The notes beneath the pieces were generated by a model. The model was not told where the DNA came from, did no database searches, and saw only the letters and a list, made by a program, of their open reading frames with translations. Made by a program: the position numbers and the translations under genes. This document shows positions 26,828-40,481 of a DNA stretch of 64,000 nucleotides, in pieces. How positions within the stretch are numbered: position 1 is the stretch's first letter; each line of letters begins with the position of its first letter. The stretch is from Eledone cirrhosa (Eukaryota). The DNA lies in contig OZ024743.1 of assembly GCA_964016885.1 (NCBI GenBank), positions 369,892,001-369,956,000 on the forward strand. The letters run 5' to 3'.

Positions 26828-26926
26828 AGGGGAAGTAGAAATCTCAATGGATTTATCACTTCATAAATCTCAACAGCCAGAGTTATGGACCGAAATAGAA
26901 TCGAATTTTGCAGAACTAATATCAAG
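26828..26926 (+). CDS. Next exon (99 bp) of the CNB-domain gene
   Basis: TTTTCAG acceptor and AG|GTAAG donor. The phase-2 join with 19171 gives NLYFILK-GEVEISMDLSLHKSQQPELWTEIESNFAELIS, completing the canonical CNB 'lyfIlkGeVeI' strand. Confidence 0.9.
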
Positions 26927-27283
26927 GTAAGAAATAAGTGAAGAAATACTAACGGGATACATTGATAATTTGATAAAGAGTGACTTAAATCTGTTTACTT
27001 GTATGCAGCTTGTTTTTCTTATCTCAGTGTTTTGGGCCTCCTTATCTATCTCCCACTTTAAAGCAAGTCTACACAAGCATCCCTTAAGTCGATGATAAAT
27101 GAGTTGTCAGACATACATACTTAATCAAATGAAATGCAAACACGTTGACATATATGCAAATACATATATCCACTTGGCTATGTGTATATTTGATATTCAC
27201 ACCCACGCCTACATTTTCTTTCTCTTTCATACAGATATATATAGATACATACATGTATACATACATGCATATGTATGTGTGTG

Positions 27284-27363
<80 letters not shown>

Positions 27364-27443
27364 GATAAGCAGAACAAGCAAAATTCAACCAATTTTTTAA
27401 AATAAATTAAAAAATATAATTTAAATATTTACCTATTCTTTTG

Positions 27444-27525
27444 GCCCTGACCGATCGGTTTCGCTTTGTAAAACACCAGAAATCCAATGGATTTCTAATG
27501 GAAAATCAAAGTTCATCAGAGAAGC
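27444..27525 (-). ncRNA. Type I hammerhead ribozyme, family B (GUC site)
   Basis: gcttct-CTGATGA-actttg[long hairpin]caaagc-GAAA-ccgatcgg-TC/agggc, with palindromic stem III ACCGATCGGT. Confidence 0.8.
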
Positions 27526-28055
27526 ATTTTCCTTTCCTAGGGCTAAAGACCCAGGAATGATAAAATATATTGTTATCCGCCAGCTGGCACGGATCTAATA
27601 AGGTCGAAAAGTGACCCCTACGTGAACTGCCCGAGGTAAAAGCGGGAAAAACATAGACGTGTTGTCTATCTCGTTACTAAAAATAGCAGCTAAATAGAAA
27701 CAACAGATTTGTTCTCTACATAACGGAGAATAATAAAAGAAGTTAATATACCCAAGGGTACTAAGTACCCCTGGAAATATATAGGTTGTCTATGATTTAA
27801 GGTTGTTCTATAGTATTAATTTGACATACCAGAACTATAATATTAAGATAAGCAGAACAAGCAAAATTCAACCAATTTTTTTAAATAAATTAAAAAATAT
27901 AATTTAAATATTTACCTATTCTTTTGGCCCTGACCCCGCTTTTACCTCGGGCAGTTCACGTACGGGTCACTTTTCGACCTTATTAGATCCGTGCTAGCTG
28001 GCGGATAACACTATATTTTATCGTTCCTGGGTCTTTAGCCCTAGGAAAGGAAAAT

Positions 28056-28137
28056 GCTTCTCTGATGAACTTTGATTTTCCATTAGAAATCCATTGGATT
28101 TCTGGTGTTTTACAAAGCGAAACCGATCGGTAAGGGC
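28056..28137 (+). ncRNA. Type I hammerhead ribozyme, family B (GUA site)
   Basis: CTGATGA at 28062-28068, GAAA at 28119-28122, then ccgatcggTA/agggc. Confidence 0.78.
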
Positions 28138-28619
28138 GAAAAGGATAGGTAAATATTTAAATTATATTTTTTAATTTATTTTAAAAAATTGGTTGAATTT
28201 TGCTTGTTCTGGTTATCTTAATATTATAGTTCTGGTATGTCAAATTAATACCATAGAACAACCTTAAATCATAGACAACCTATATATTTCCAGGGGTACT
28301 TAGTACCCTAGGGTATATTAACTTCTTTTATATATATATATATATATACACACACAATAATAGAAAAAAATCAAGCTTACCAACTTACATTCATTCCTTC
28401 TACGCCAGTTTCAATATGGTTATAATGGTACATATATTTACAGAACAACTGGAAATTGTTAGTTAAAATTAACTACACTGTACATGTTACCTACAACTCT
28501 TATATTCTCATGAAATTATAAAGAACAAAAATAAGGTTTACCAACTTGACAAGGTTTCGAAAACAAAACCAATATCAAAAGAGTTAGCATAGAGCAAGCA
28601 GTTAGATTAAAAAAGCATT

Positions 28620-30110
28620 GGGTATGACACCATTTTACGAACTTGGTTTACAGTGTGGGAGACTATAGTGTGGCCCGCCATACTTCATGCTTTCAGCATC
28701 TCACCAACTATTCCTGAGGGACCAGCTGTCCTTCCTGACTTCATATCTTTGATTGACTTACTTACTATACTACTGCTGAATTGTACAGCCGGTCTCTCTG
28801 TTGGATCGACAAGTGACAAACTTACTTCTTCCCATGCATTCTCCTCATTCAGTAATTATTCATAGTGGCACTTCCATGCCACCTTCTTATCAGCATCAGT
28901 GAGGGCAAGTTCGCTGAAATCATTTCAGACATACTTCTCCCTACCAACATCACAATTTTCCTTGACACTGTCTTGCAATCCTGAACAGCTTACCCCTTTG
29001 ATCGTCATGTTGCAAAACATGCTTAATTTTTTTTTGTTTTCTGCTTCCCTTCTTGCAAGGTATACTTATCGCTTAGTTTCTCTCCTAGCCTTCTGGTAGA
29101 TTTCTCTGCTACCCCTATTTTGCCAATCCTTCCGTGCCTGTATTTTGGCCTTAATTGTCTCATCTACCTTACTATTCCACCACCAAGTCACACTCTGTCT
29201 CCCTAAAGACCTACTCCAACCACAGATTTCATCTGTCGCCTTCAGTAGGTTTCCTTTGAGGAACTCCCACTGCTCCTCTATATTGTATATCTCTATTTGC
29301 TGCTCCTTACTGTTGAAGGCGTCAGCCAACATACTTCTAAATTTATTACTGGTTGATGGGTCTTTTAACTTCCTTATTCTTCTCCTCCAGGTTGTCTTCT
29401 ATTGCTGGGTTCTTCTGGCCCTGACAATAATGTCGCTAACTAGTAAGTTATGTTGGGAGGTGTATTCTTCACTAGGGAGGGACTTTGTGTTCCTAACAGT
29501 CAGTCTGTCTCGACTTCTGGTATGAATGAAATCTATTTGGCTGGCATGATCACCTGATCTATAGGCGATTAGGTGGTTGTCTCTTTTTTTTTGAAGTTCT
29601 TGTTACAGATAAATAGGCCATTTGTGTTGCAGAATTCCAGCAGTCTGAAACATTCCTCATTTCTAGTGCTGAACCCATAACCCCTATGGTTGCCGTCAAA
29701 ACACTCGCAGTGTTACTCAAAGTGCCTGCTAAAGTCACCTGCAATGAGTATGAGGTTGCTATCATTTATTTGAGAGGTAGTGTGCATTAGGGACTCATAA
29801 AATCTGTCATTTAATACGTCTGGCAGATCAGATTGAGGTGCACAAGCAGATATAATTGTCATGGTTATTATATTTAGTACATGGTTATTATATTTAGTAC
29901 AAGTTTAATTATTCTGTCATTTACTCTATTTAGAGCAATTACTTTGTTTACCCATTTTTATGCTCCCAAAATTCCTACTCCACCCAGCCTGTCGTCATTT
30001 TCCCCTCAGAAAAATGTGTAGCATCGTTTTTTGTCCACAAGAAATCTAGCTGACATACCCCTCCATCTAGTCTCTTGTAGACAGCACACACGATTAGGTG
30101 GAGGGGTATG
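28620..30110 (-). mobile_element. RTE LINE 5' portion (AP endonuclease and linker), degraded
   Basis: TWWWNSKVDE and QIDFI motifs on the minus strand. Confidence 0.85.
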
Positions 30111-30129
30111 TCAGCTAAATTTCTCGTAT

Positions 30130-31010
30130 GCAAAAAAACGATTCTACAAAGGAATGGCGATCCCAATCTAAATACAAATGAAGAGGCCTTATTAGACTTC
30201 TGTTCTAGCAATGGATTCTCTATTATGAACACCTTCTTCCAGCACAGAGACATTCACAAATATACATGGTATAAGGGGAATCAGGGACAGAAATCAATAA
30301 TTGATTTTGTTATTGTCTCTGATCTCTTTGCTTCTGAGCTGGATGTTCATGGTAAGAGAGGGGCTGAGCTGTCAACTGATCATTATCTAGTTATCTGCAA
30401 CTCGAGACAACCTAAAGCCAAAGATGCCCACAAAACTGGTAAGTCCAGGATGACCTAGAGGATAAAGTGGGAAGCATTGGTGGATAAGGAAGTCAGGACC
30501 AGATATGCAGTAATGCATCAGCTTCATCATTTGGTAATCAGAAGAAGGTAGGAAGATATAAAAGCCAAACTCACTATCTTCAATTCGGTATCGTGCCAAC
30601 CCATACCTATGGTCATGAATCTTTGGTTATGACCGAAAGCATACGATCATGAAAACAAGAGGCTGAAATGGGATCCCTCCGAAGGGTCTTAGAAGTAATG
30701 TTACTCAACAGAGTGCATAGCTCGGAGATCACAAAGTCACTCCAGGTAGAGCTGCTACTTCTCTGAATTGAGAAATAACAGCCCCGATACTATGGACATG
30801 TGGTTAGAATGTCTCAGGAAAGAATCGTTGGACAGATTTTATGGGCAAAACCAGCCGGCAAGAGACTCAGTAGATCCTGTGCAAGATGGCTGGATAACAT
30901 CAATGAGCTTGGCTTGCCTTACTTGGGGATCCAGCCGGATCAGTTGGAGATGGTTGCTTCTGACAGACTCGCTGGAAGGAGTATTTGTGGATTCTTCCCC
31001 CATTACCCTT
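30130..31010 (+). mobile_element. Second-family RTE LINE, internally deleted
   Basis: IMNTFFQHRDIHKYTWY...SIIDFVIV...STDHYLV (endonuclease) joined to the RT C-terminus. Confidence 0.82.
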
Positions 31011-31012
31011 TC

Positions 31013-31245
31013 AAAAGCATTTTGAAGACCTTATGCTATTGTTTTAAAGTAGTGACTATATCACTTACTTCTTTTTTCAACAAACAAACAAAGGGAGATA
31101 AGCTGACATATCTCTGTTTCATACTGAGGAATACCAACAGTATGAAACAGATCTGTCAGCTTATCTCCCTTTGTTTGTTGAAAAAAGAAGTACGTGACAT
31201 AGTCACTACTTTAAAAGAATAGCATAAGGTCTTCAAAATGCTTTT
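31013..31245. repeat. Near-perfect palindrome (arms about 110 bp) centred on a hammerhead core (family C)
   Basis: Arms 31013-31126 and 31138-31245. The plus strand reads CTGAGGA(31124)-atac caaca gtat-GAAA-cagatctg-TC. Confidence 0.85.
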
Positions 31246-31322
31246 AATTAAGCATACAGTGTATTACCAAATACACTATATATACATTCATATATACATC
31301 GCTATTTCAGAGCTCCAATTCT

Positions 31323-33291
<1,969 letters not shown>

Positions 33292-33402
33292 TTGAAATAG
33301 GATGAAACGAAATTTCATTTCTCACTCTTAGTACGGCACTTACTTAAATGTAAGTATGTATGTATACGTACATACATATAGGTATACAGACGTACAGTAG
33401 TA

Positions 33403-33450
<48 letters not shown>

Positions 33451-33603
33451 TACATACAGGTACACATATATATGTACGTATCAGTTTAGCGGACGTTTAT
33501 TATAACGCCCGCTTTGTCCGCTTGTAAACAAACGGACAGCCTGATTTATGCCGTACGGTGTTAAGGCAACCACGTCACCTTTTTGTTCAACACTGACACA
33601 GGA

Positions 33604-33646
33604 ACGATGTACTAGTTTCAAGCTTCTTAGCTATCATCAGCACCGT
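33604..33646 (-). ncRNA. Minimal type I hammerhead ribozyme, family A
   Basis: ACGGTG-CTGATGA-tAGCT aaga AGCTt-GAAA-ctag-TA/CATCGT. Confidence 0.85.
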
Positions 33647-33881
33647 ATACCCTTCTGAAAGATGGTTGAACGTTCGAAAGTATATACTTTCCTTATGAAA
33701 ATTAACGGCTGAGCAGCCTAATTTGCATATCGAGTGAGTTCAGTCGGCCAGGCGCACCGAAAACGATAAGTTGAAATAGGATGAAACGAAATTTCATTTC
33801 TCACTCTTAGTACGGCACTTACTTAAATGTAAGTATGTATGTATACGTACATACATGTATGTATACAGACGTACAGTAGTA

Positions 33882-33975
<94 letters not shown>

Positions 33976-34130
33976 TACATACAGGTACACATATATATAT
34001 GTACGTATCAGTTTAGCGGACGTTTATTATAACGCCCGCTTTGTCCGTTTGTAAACAAACGGACAGCCTGATTTATGCCGTACGGTGTTAAGGCAACCAC
34101 GTCACCTTTTTGTTCAACACTGACACAGGA

Positions 34131-34173
34131 ACGATGTACTAGTTTCAAGCTTCTTAGCTATCATCAGCACCGT
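34131..34173 (-). ncRNA. Minimal type I hammerhead ribozyme, family A (tandem copy)
   Basis: Identical to 33604-33646 and 527 nt away. Confidence 0.85.
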
Positions 34174-34408
34174 ATACCCTTCTGAAAGATGGTTGAACGT
34201 TCGAAAGTATATACTTTCCTTATGAAAATTAACGGCTGAGCAGCCTAATTTGCATATCGAGTGAGTTCAGTCGGCCAGGCGCACCGAAAACGATAAGTTG
34301 AAATAGGATGAAACGAAATTTCATTTCTCACTCTTAGTACGGCACTTACTTAAATGTAAGTATGTATGTATACGTACATACATGTATGTATACAGACGTA
34401 CAGTAGTA

Positions 34409-34526
<118 letters not shown>

Positions 34527-34703
34527 TACATACAGGTACACATATATATATGTACGTATTTCGTTTCATCCTATTTCAACTTATCGATTTCGGTGCGCCT
34601 GACCGACTGAACTCACTCGATATGCAAATTAGGCTGCTCAGCCGTTAATTTTCATAAGGAAAGTATATACTTTCGAACGTTCAACCATCTGGCAGAAGGG
34701 TAT

Positions 34704-34746
34704 ACGGTGCTGATGATAGCTAAGAAGCTTGAAACTAGTACATCGT
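34704..34746 (+). ncRNA. Minimal type I hammerhead ribozyme, family A (inverted copy)
   Basis: acggtgCTGATGAtagctaagaagcttGAAActagTAcatcgt. Confidence 0.85.
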
Positions 34747-34901
34747 TCCTGTGTCAGTGTTGAACAAAAAGGTGACGTGGTTGCCTTAACACCGTACGGC
34801 ATAAATCAGGCTGTCCGTTTGTTTACAAACGGACAAAGCGGGCGTTATAATAAACGTCCGCTAAACTGATACGTACATATATATATGTGTACCTGTATGT
34901 A

Positions 34902-35043
<142 letters not shown>

Positions 35044-35093
35044 TACTACTGTACGTCTGTATACATATATGTATGTACGTATACATACATACT

Positions 35094-35148
<55 letters not shown>

Positions 35149-35150
<2 letters not shown>

Positions 35151-35545
35151 TCATCATCATCATCACCGTTTTACATCCTTTCTTCCACGCTAGCATGGGT
35201 TAGACGTGTTGTCCTGTTGTGGGCAGTGTCCAGTTGGCTGACCTTGTCTTGCTCATACGGGAACTGATTCTGGCTTGATCTCTACAGCTGGATACTCTTC
35301 CTAACACCAACCTCATTTACAGTGAGTGCTGGGTGCATTTTTTCCATGGCGCCCACTTTACAGTGTGGGCTGGGTGCTTTTTTGCCGTGGCACCTCCACG
35401 ACCACTTTGCAGTGGGAGGGTGTGGGGCCATATTGTCTATATGCTTCAGCTTCGGCTTGTACCCGTGGGAAGTCTGGTCTTCTGTATTACTGCGTTATAC
35501 CAGAGGACACAGTCGTGTATCATCGCCCTTGAGAGGTGCAGTTGG
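35149..35545 (-). mobile_element. RTE LINE 3' end
   Basis: (CAT)n tail and a 3' UTR matching 6200-6580. Confidence 0.88.
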
Positions 35546-35549
35546 CTTT

Positions 35550-35618
<69 letters not shown>

Positions 35619-36783
35619 AACTCACAGCCTTTCGATTTATCTATCTATGTAAGGTTAGTTACAAAATATCAGATAAGGAATATATTTACCTACATGTATA
35701 TCATGAGCCGTTGTCAAAAGCAATGAGAATTTTATTCAAAATCAATAGTAAATTGAGTTCTATGACCTTATTTGGAGGTAGCTGAAGAACAAACCAATCA
35801 AATGGTTTTATGCCATATGATGTTAAGATGAAATATAACTCACTTTAGTTGGGGTCATGACCCTTTGAAAGGAATGGTTGAATGGTGTTAAACATAGAAT
35901 TACTATAAAGAACCTATGAGGAAAAAGGGATTGTTATATTGATAGTGGAATGTAGATGGTGGAGTGACGTTTAAAAAGGAATGTAAAAATTAAATGTTGA
36001 GTTGTGTTGTATGGAATTTTTAGGTGAATATAAAATATAGAGATAACTAGGATGAATATAGATAGGTAAAGTAATGGTCATAACAAGGAAGGATAGTATA
36101 TTAAAAGATGAAAATTATAATAAGATAATAAAATATAATAATATAATAATATAATATAATGTAATATAATATAGTACAGTATGGTACATTGTATATAGTA
36201 TAATATAGCGTATGATGCATCAAAAAATATAAAATAGTAAATATTTTCAAGTGTGTCTATGTGTAAGTAATCAAACTCAGATAAATGCATGTTGACAAAT
36301 AGTCAAAACGCATAATTTTATTAGATCACAAAAGTACATATATTCACATATATAGATAGAGATGTAATTACATTGATACTCCATTAAAAACATGCATACG
36401 CATACATAGATATAAACATATACATACACATACATACACGCACACAAACATATATACACACTTATACATACATATATACATGTACACACACATACATGTA
36501 CATACACATATACACACACATACACATATACACACATATATATATATATACATATATATATATTCTCTTATCATACATACATACATAGATACATGTATAC
36601 CCATGCAATTACAGGTGGTTATATACCTTGATGCCCTTAGTCAGTAACGCATGAATCTATGGAAGCTAAACAATTAAAAGGTTAAAAAATAAAAAAATAA
36701 ACAGGAAGGCGTATAATTAGGGGAAGGGGATACTAATAAATGGTACGTTATATAGAATTATAGTGAGTTACTATTTAGAATGT

Positions 36784-39410
36784 TTAATTAGGTTTATAGT
36801 ACTTAAATGTTTTTCGTATACGGTGATTACAAGCTATAATCTGTTCTTGTCTTTCATTCAATAATTCGTCGTTGGATTTAGTAATTTCGAAGATCTCCCC
36901 GGAACATAATCTGCATTCTCTCCTGTTCCCAAGATATGGAGTTCTTTGCAGAATGGTATCCCACGATAGCTTGAAATCTATTTTTTTCTTTTTAAAGTTA
37001 TTTACTGCTTCAGCTAAAGATGTGGTGTTAGCTAGTTTAGTATTGTTAAAGCTGTGTGCGTAATATCTTTTCTGAAATGTGTTCGATGTAGATCCTATAT
37101 ATGATTTTTTGGAGTCAGTAGTAGACACAGTGCATTTATATATTACATTATTAATCAAACAGTTGCCATTTAAGGGGCAAACGCTTCTATTTCTGCAATT
37201 ACAACCATACGTAAGATGGTTGTTGGGGGGTACCTACATAATTCACATTAATCATTGAGCTATTCTTATTGTAATTAGTGTTAGCGAGAGAATGAATGCT
37301 GCTTTGTGGGTGATTTAGTGCTGGGATTGTATTGTGATTTTGTGTTATGTTGTTTTTGTGTTGGTGATTTGGGTGGTTGTGTTTTCCAGGTTGAAGGATT
37401 GTATTATTTGTCCTTTTAAAAGGTGCAGTCTTATTTAAATTATGTTGTGGTGGTGTGGTCATATTATTTTTAAATTTATAAATGTTGTAGTTGCTTATTT
37501 TTTGCTGGAGATTGTTTGATGTAGAGTATGAGAATTTAACAGTATACCTGTTAAATATTTGGTGGTATCTGTGGTTTGGTGGAAAATGTTTATGTAGAAT
37601 TTCGAAGAATTTTGGGGAGATTTTCCCAATAGTTTGCAGGTTGAAGGGTGCGTTGTACCATGTTATGTTTCTTTTACGGTTTTTAGTTAAGTTCTTATTC
37701 CCACTTATATTAATGTGCTGTGTTCTAGAAGAGTATTTGTATTTGTGGAATTTGGTAAATTGCAGTGGTTGTATTTAGCGTTATTATTGGGTAGATTATG
37801 AGAGGTTGAATGTTTGGTAGTCATATGTGAGTTGTTACATTGGTCATAGATCGTGTAGTAATAGTTGTTGTGGTTATTCGGTTGTTTTGGTGTGATAGGA
37901 ATGACCCCATTAGGCATTTGTTTCGATGGTATTTTTTGGTGTTTGTAGTTTTTGCTAGGTTTTGTAGTATGGTCCATAGTAGTGTTGGGGATATATGAAT
38001 TTTTTTTATTTATATCCACTTCTAGTTAGGGCTTCGTTGTAGAAGGGTGTATTTTTATAAAATATATCCTCATTGGGAGATAATTTAGAAAGTCTAAGAG
38101 ATATGTTATATAGTAAGTTTTTGAGTATAGAGCCAGGGTGGTTAGAGCGTGAATGTACATAGTGTAGATTCTGGCTGGGTTTGTGGCAAGGTTGATAAAT
38201 ATTCGTAGAGAGGTCTAATGTAACGTCAAGGAAGTTAGCTACTTTTGAGGTGTTTTCAAAGGTGATGTTAAGGTTGTAATAGACCTTGATGAATTTTCTA
38301 ATTTGTTTTTTGTTTTTCTCTATATTAGAATTGCTAAAATTGTTAGATATCAATAGAAAATCATCCCGATAAAGACCACCTTTGAGGTGGGGGAAAAGAG
38401 GAATGAATATTATAGAGGAGAAATAGTCCAACGAGGTCTGTAACTTGAGCAGAGTCCATGGATCCCATCGTTATATCGAATACGTTGTTATATGTGTTTC
38501 TTGTCCAGTGTTCTTCTTGGAAGTTTAGTAAGGTTTTTCTAGCGTGAGTTATGATGTTGATTTCCTCAGTAAATAAATGCGATCTATTTCTGGCGAAGAT
38601 CAGTGCTTTGTTTAAGAGAATTGGAGAAATCGAAGAATAGTAAGAATCGATGTCGAATTGTATGAATGAAGCTGAGTTTTTATTCTCGATGTTAGTGAAC
38701 CATTCAATAACCTGGGAAGTGTTATCCCATAATGGAAGTGTTACAAATTTTCTAATTTGCTGAATGATTCGATCAATAATTTTCTTGCTGATAGTACCGA
38801 TATCAGATTTTAATGGGCATATCAGTCTAATAGATGGGTTCGAATTAAAGTCAGATTTGTGGTCCTTCAGGTTGAAAGTGCGGGCTTTTAGGTGTGAAAG
38901 GCTCCGTCCTATCTTCAATATGGAGTTTTTTTTACTATATCACATGATATGTTGTTCAAGGATGTCAGTGCGGTGGTGCTGGTTTTCTTATAGTTTTTTC
39001 TAAGTTCTTTATAAACGAACTGGTTATATTTATCGATGTCCATATGGTATAGATTACCAGTTTTGTCAGAATGGACATGGATCTTGTTTGAATTTTTCAG
39101 TTGCAGAAGGGTAGAGTCTAATCCCTTTTGGAATTCAGATTTGTGTTTCCTGAACTTTATGTCTTTAATTATGTTCAGTAGGGCGCTGTCAAAATTTTCA
39201 AGTTGAATATTAGGAGGATTTTTGTATGTGTTGAATCCATAGCGGTACTTCTTTTCATTTGTATTGGTTTTGTTGTCAAAATGATAGGCTATCCAACGCA
39301 TTCTCCTAATAAACTGGTTAGTTTTTTGTATGAGCAGGTGTAGATATTTGTCTTTAGGTGGAATCGGAATATTCTTCAACGAAGAACCCAAATATTGTTT
39401 TTCCTTTGTG
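36784..39410 (-). pseudogene. PLE reverse transcriptase / GIY-YIG endonuclease ORF, fragmented
   Basis: ORF pieces 38915-39391, 38361-38918, 38006-38431 and 36784-37158, separated by frameshifts and an Asn/His/Thr-rich linker. Confidence 0.9.
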
Positions 39411-39720
39411 ATGCAGGAATTAGATAAAAGAAGAGCTCAACTAAATATTATAATCACAGAAGTGGAGACAATTATGAAAAAATATATTGAAGGAGCAAGA
39501 TGCACAGAAATATCCACGGTTAGTTGTGGGGTCTAGTCTGCATGAAGAACTCAATGTAATCCATATGTTGAAAATGTTGTAGGTTAAAATAAATCCCGGA
39601 AAACAATAAAACATCAAAAGGAAAACAGAGTCATGATATAAGTAAAAACAATGAAATAAAAATTCAAGTCATTAGAAATATACTTCACTGCTTTACGATC
39701 ATTTCTAGGTGATAATAATA

Positions 39721-39815
39721 CATCGTACGCATATTTCGTTATCGATCTATGTAGGGTTAGTTACAAAATATCAGATAAGGAATATATTTACCTACATCTA
39801 TATCATCAGCCGTTG
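39721..39815 (-). ncRNA. Hammerhead-like motif in the PLE pseudo-LTR (long stem II, damaged stem I)
   Basis: caacgg-CTGATGA-tatagATGTAGG...CCTACATagatcgataac-GAAA-tatgcg-TA-cgatg. Confidence 0.55.
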
Positions 39816-40024
39816 TCAAAAGCAATGAGAATTTTATTCAAAATCAATAGTAAATAGTAAATTATATCATGATTCTGTTTTCCTTTTGATGTTTTATTGT
39901 TTTCCGGGATTTGTTTTAACCTACAACATTTTCAACATATGAATTACATTGAGTTCTTCATGCAGACTAGAACCCACAACTAACCGTGGATATCTCTGTG
40001 TATATATAGATATATACATATACA

Positions 40025-40071
<47 letters not shown>

Positions 40072-40481
40072 TAATCTAGCTGTCGTCTGTTCTACAGTGT
40101 GGATGTCATTCACTTCGCACAGAAGTTTTGTTCAAATTTATTGAGGAAATTTTGTGAGTTCAAACTTAATTTTGATACAATTGTGTAGCTTGACCCTCCG
40201 TCTGAACTGTCAGGCGGTGGGTCAGCTCATCTTTACCCCTCCTAGAGGTGAAAAACCTGTTTTAAAAAATTTTGTGTAAAAAATTTCAATCGTCTAACAG
40301 AAATGTTAAACGCAGCGAACGAAAATAGTGGTGGGGGGACAGCGGTAAGAGTTGTAAGCTCGCACGCTTTAGTCCTCCCTTCCTTCCCAACTAACGTCAT
40401 AGAGAAGGAAGGAAAAATGAAAATAAAAACGGACGAATCTGCGGAGGAAAAATCAAATGACGAAAACAACGAAAAAAAAAA

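Larger units (their letters stand above)
27359..28328 (-). mobile_element. Hammerhead-containing non-coding repeat, family B (483-bp unit, partial tandem copy and inverted copy)
   Basis: 27359-27841 repeats at 27842-27935, and 27935-28328 is an inverted copy. Flanked by (TA)n on both sides. Confidence 0.85.
35620..40000 (-). mobile_element. Penelope-like element with RT and GIY-YIG (frameshifted), direct and inverted pseudo-LTR segments
   Basis: SLKNIPIP, SDKTGN, QFDIDSYY, TMGS, LYRDDFL, NFLDVTLDL, CNC..CPLNGNCL and YIGSTSNTFQKRY motifs. 35643-35754 repeats at 39745-39855, and 39503-39641 is inverted at 39862-40000. Confidence 0.93.

Noticed and set aside
34321-34360. LSKCR peptide in family A resembling the PLE ORF terminus (SKCRH)
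   Set aside because: It is not conserved in insertions 2 and 3, so it is probably chance.
36625-36660. CTGACTA motif near the PLE 3' end
   Set aside because: It lacks CUGANGA, GAAA and a supporting stem, so it is not called as a hammerhead.
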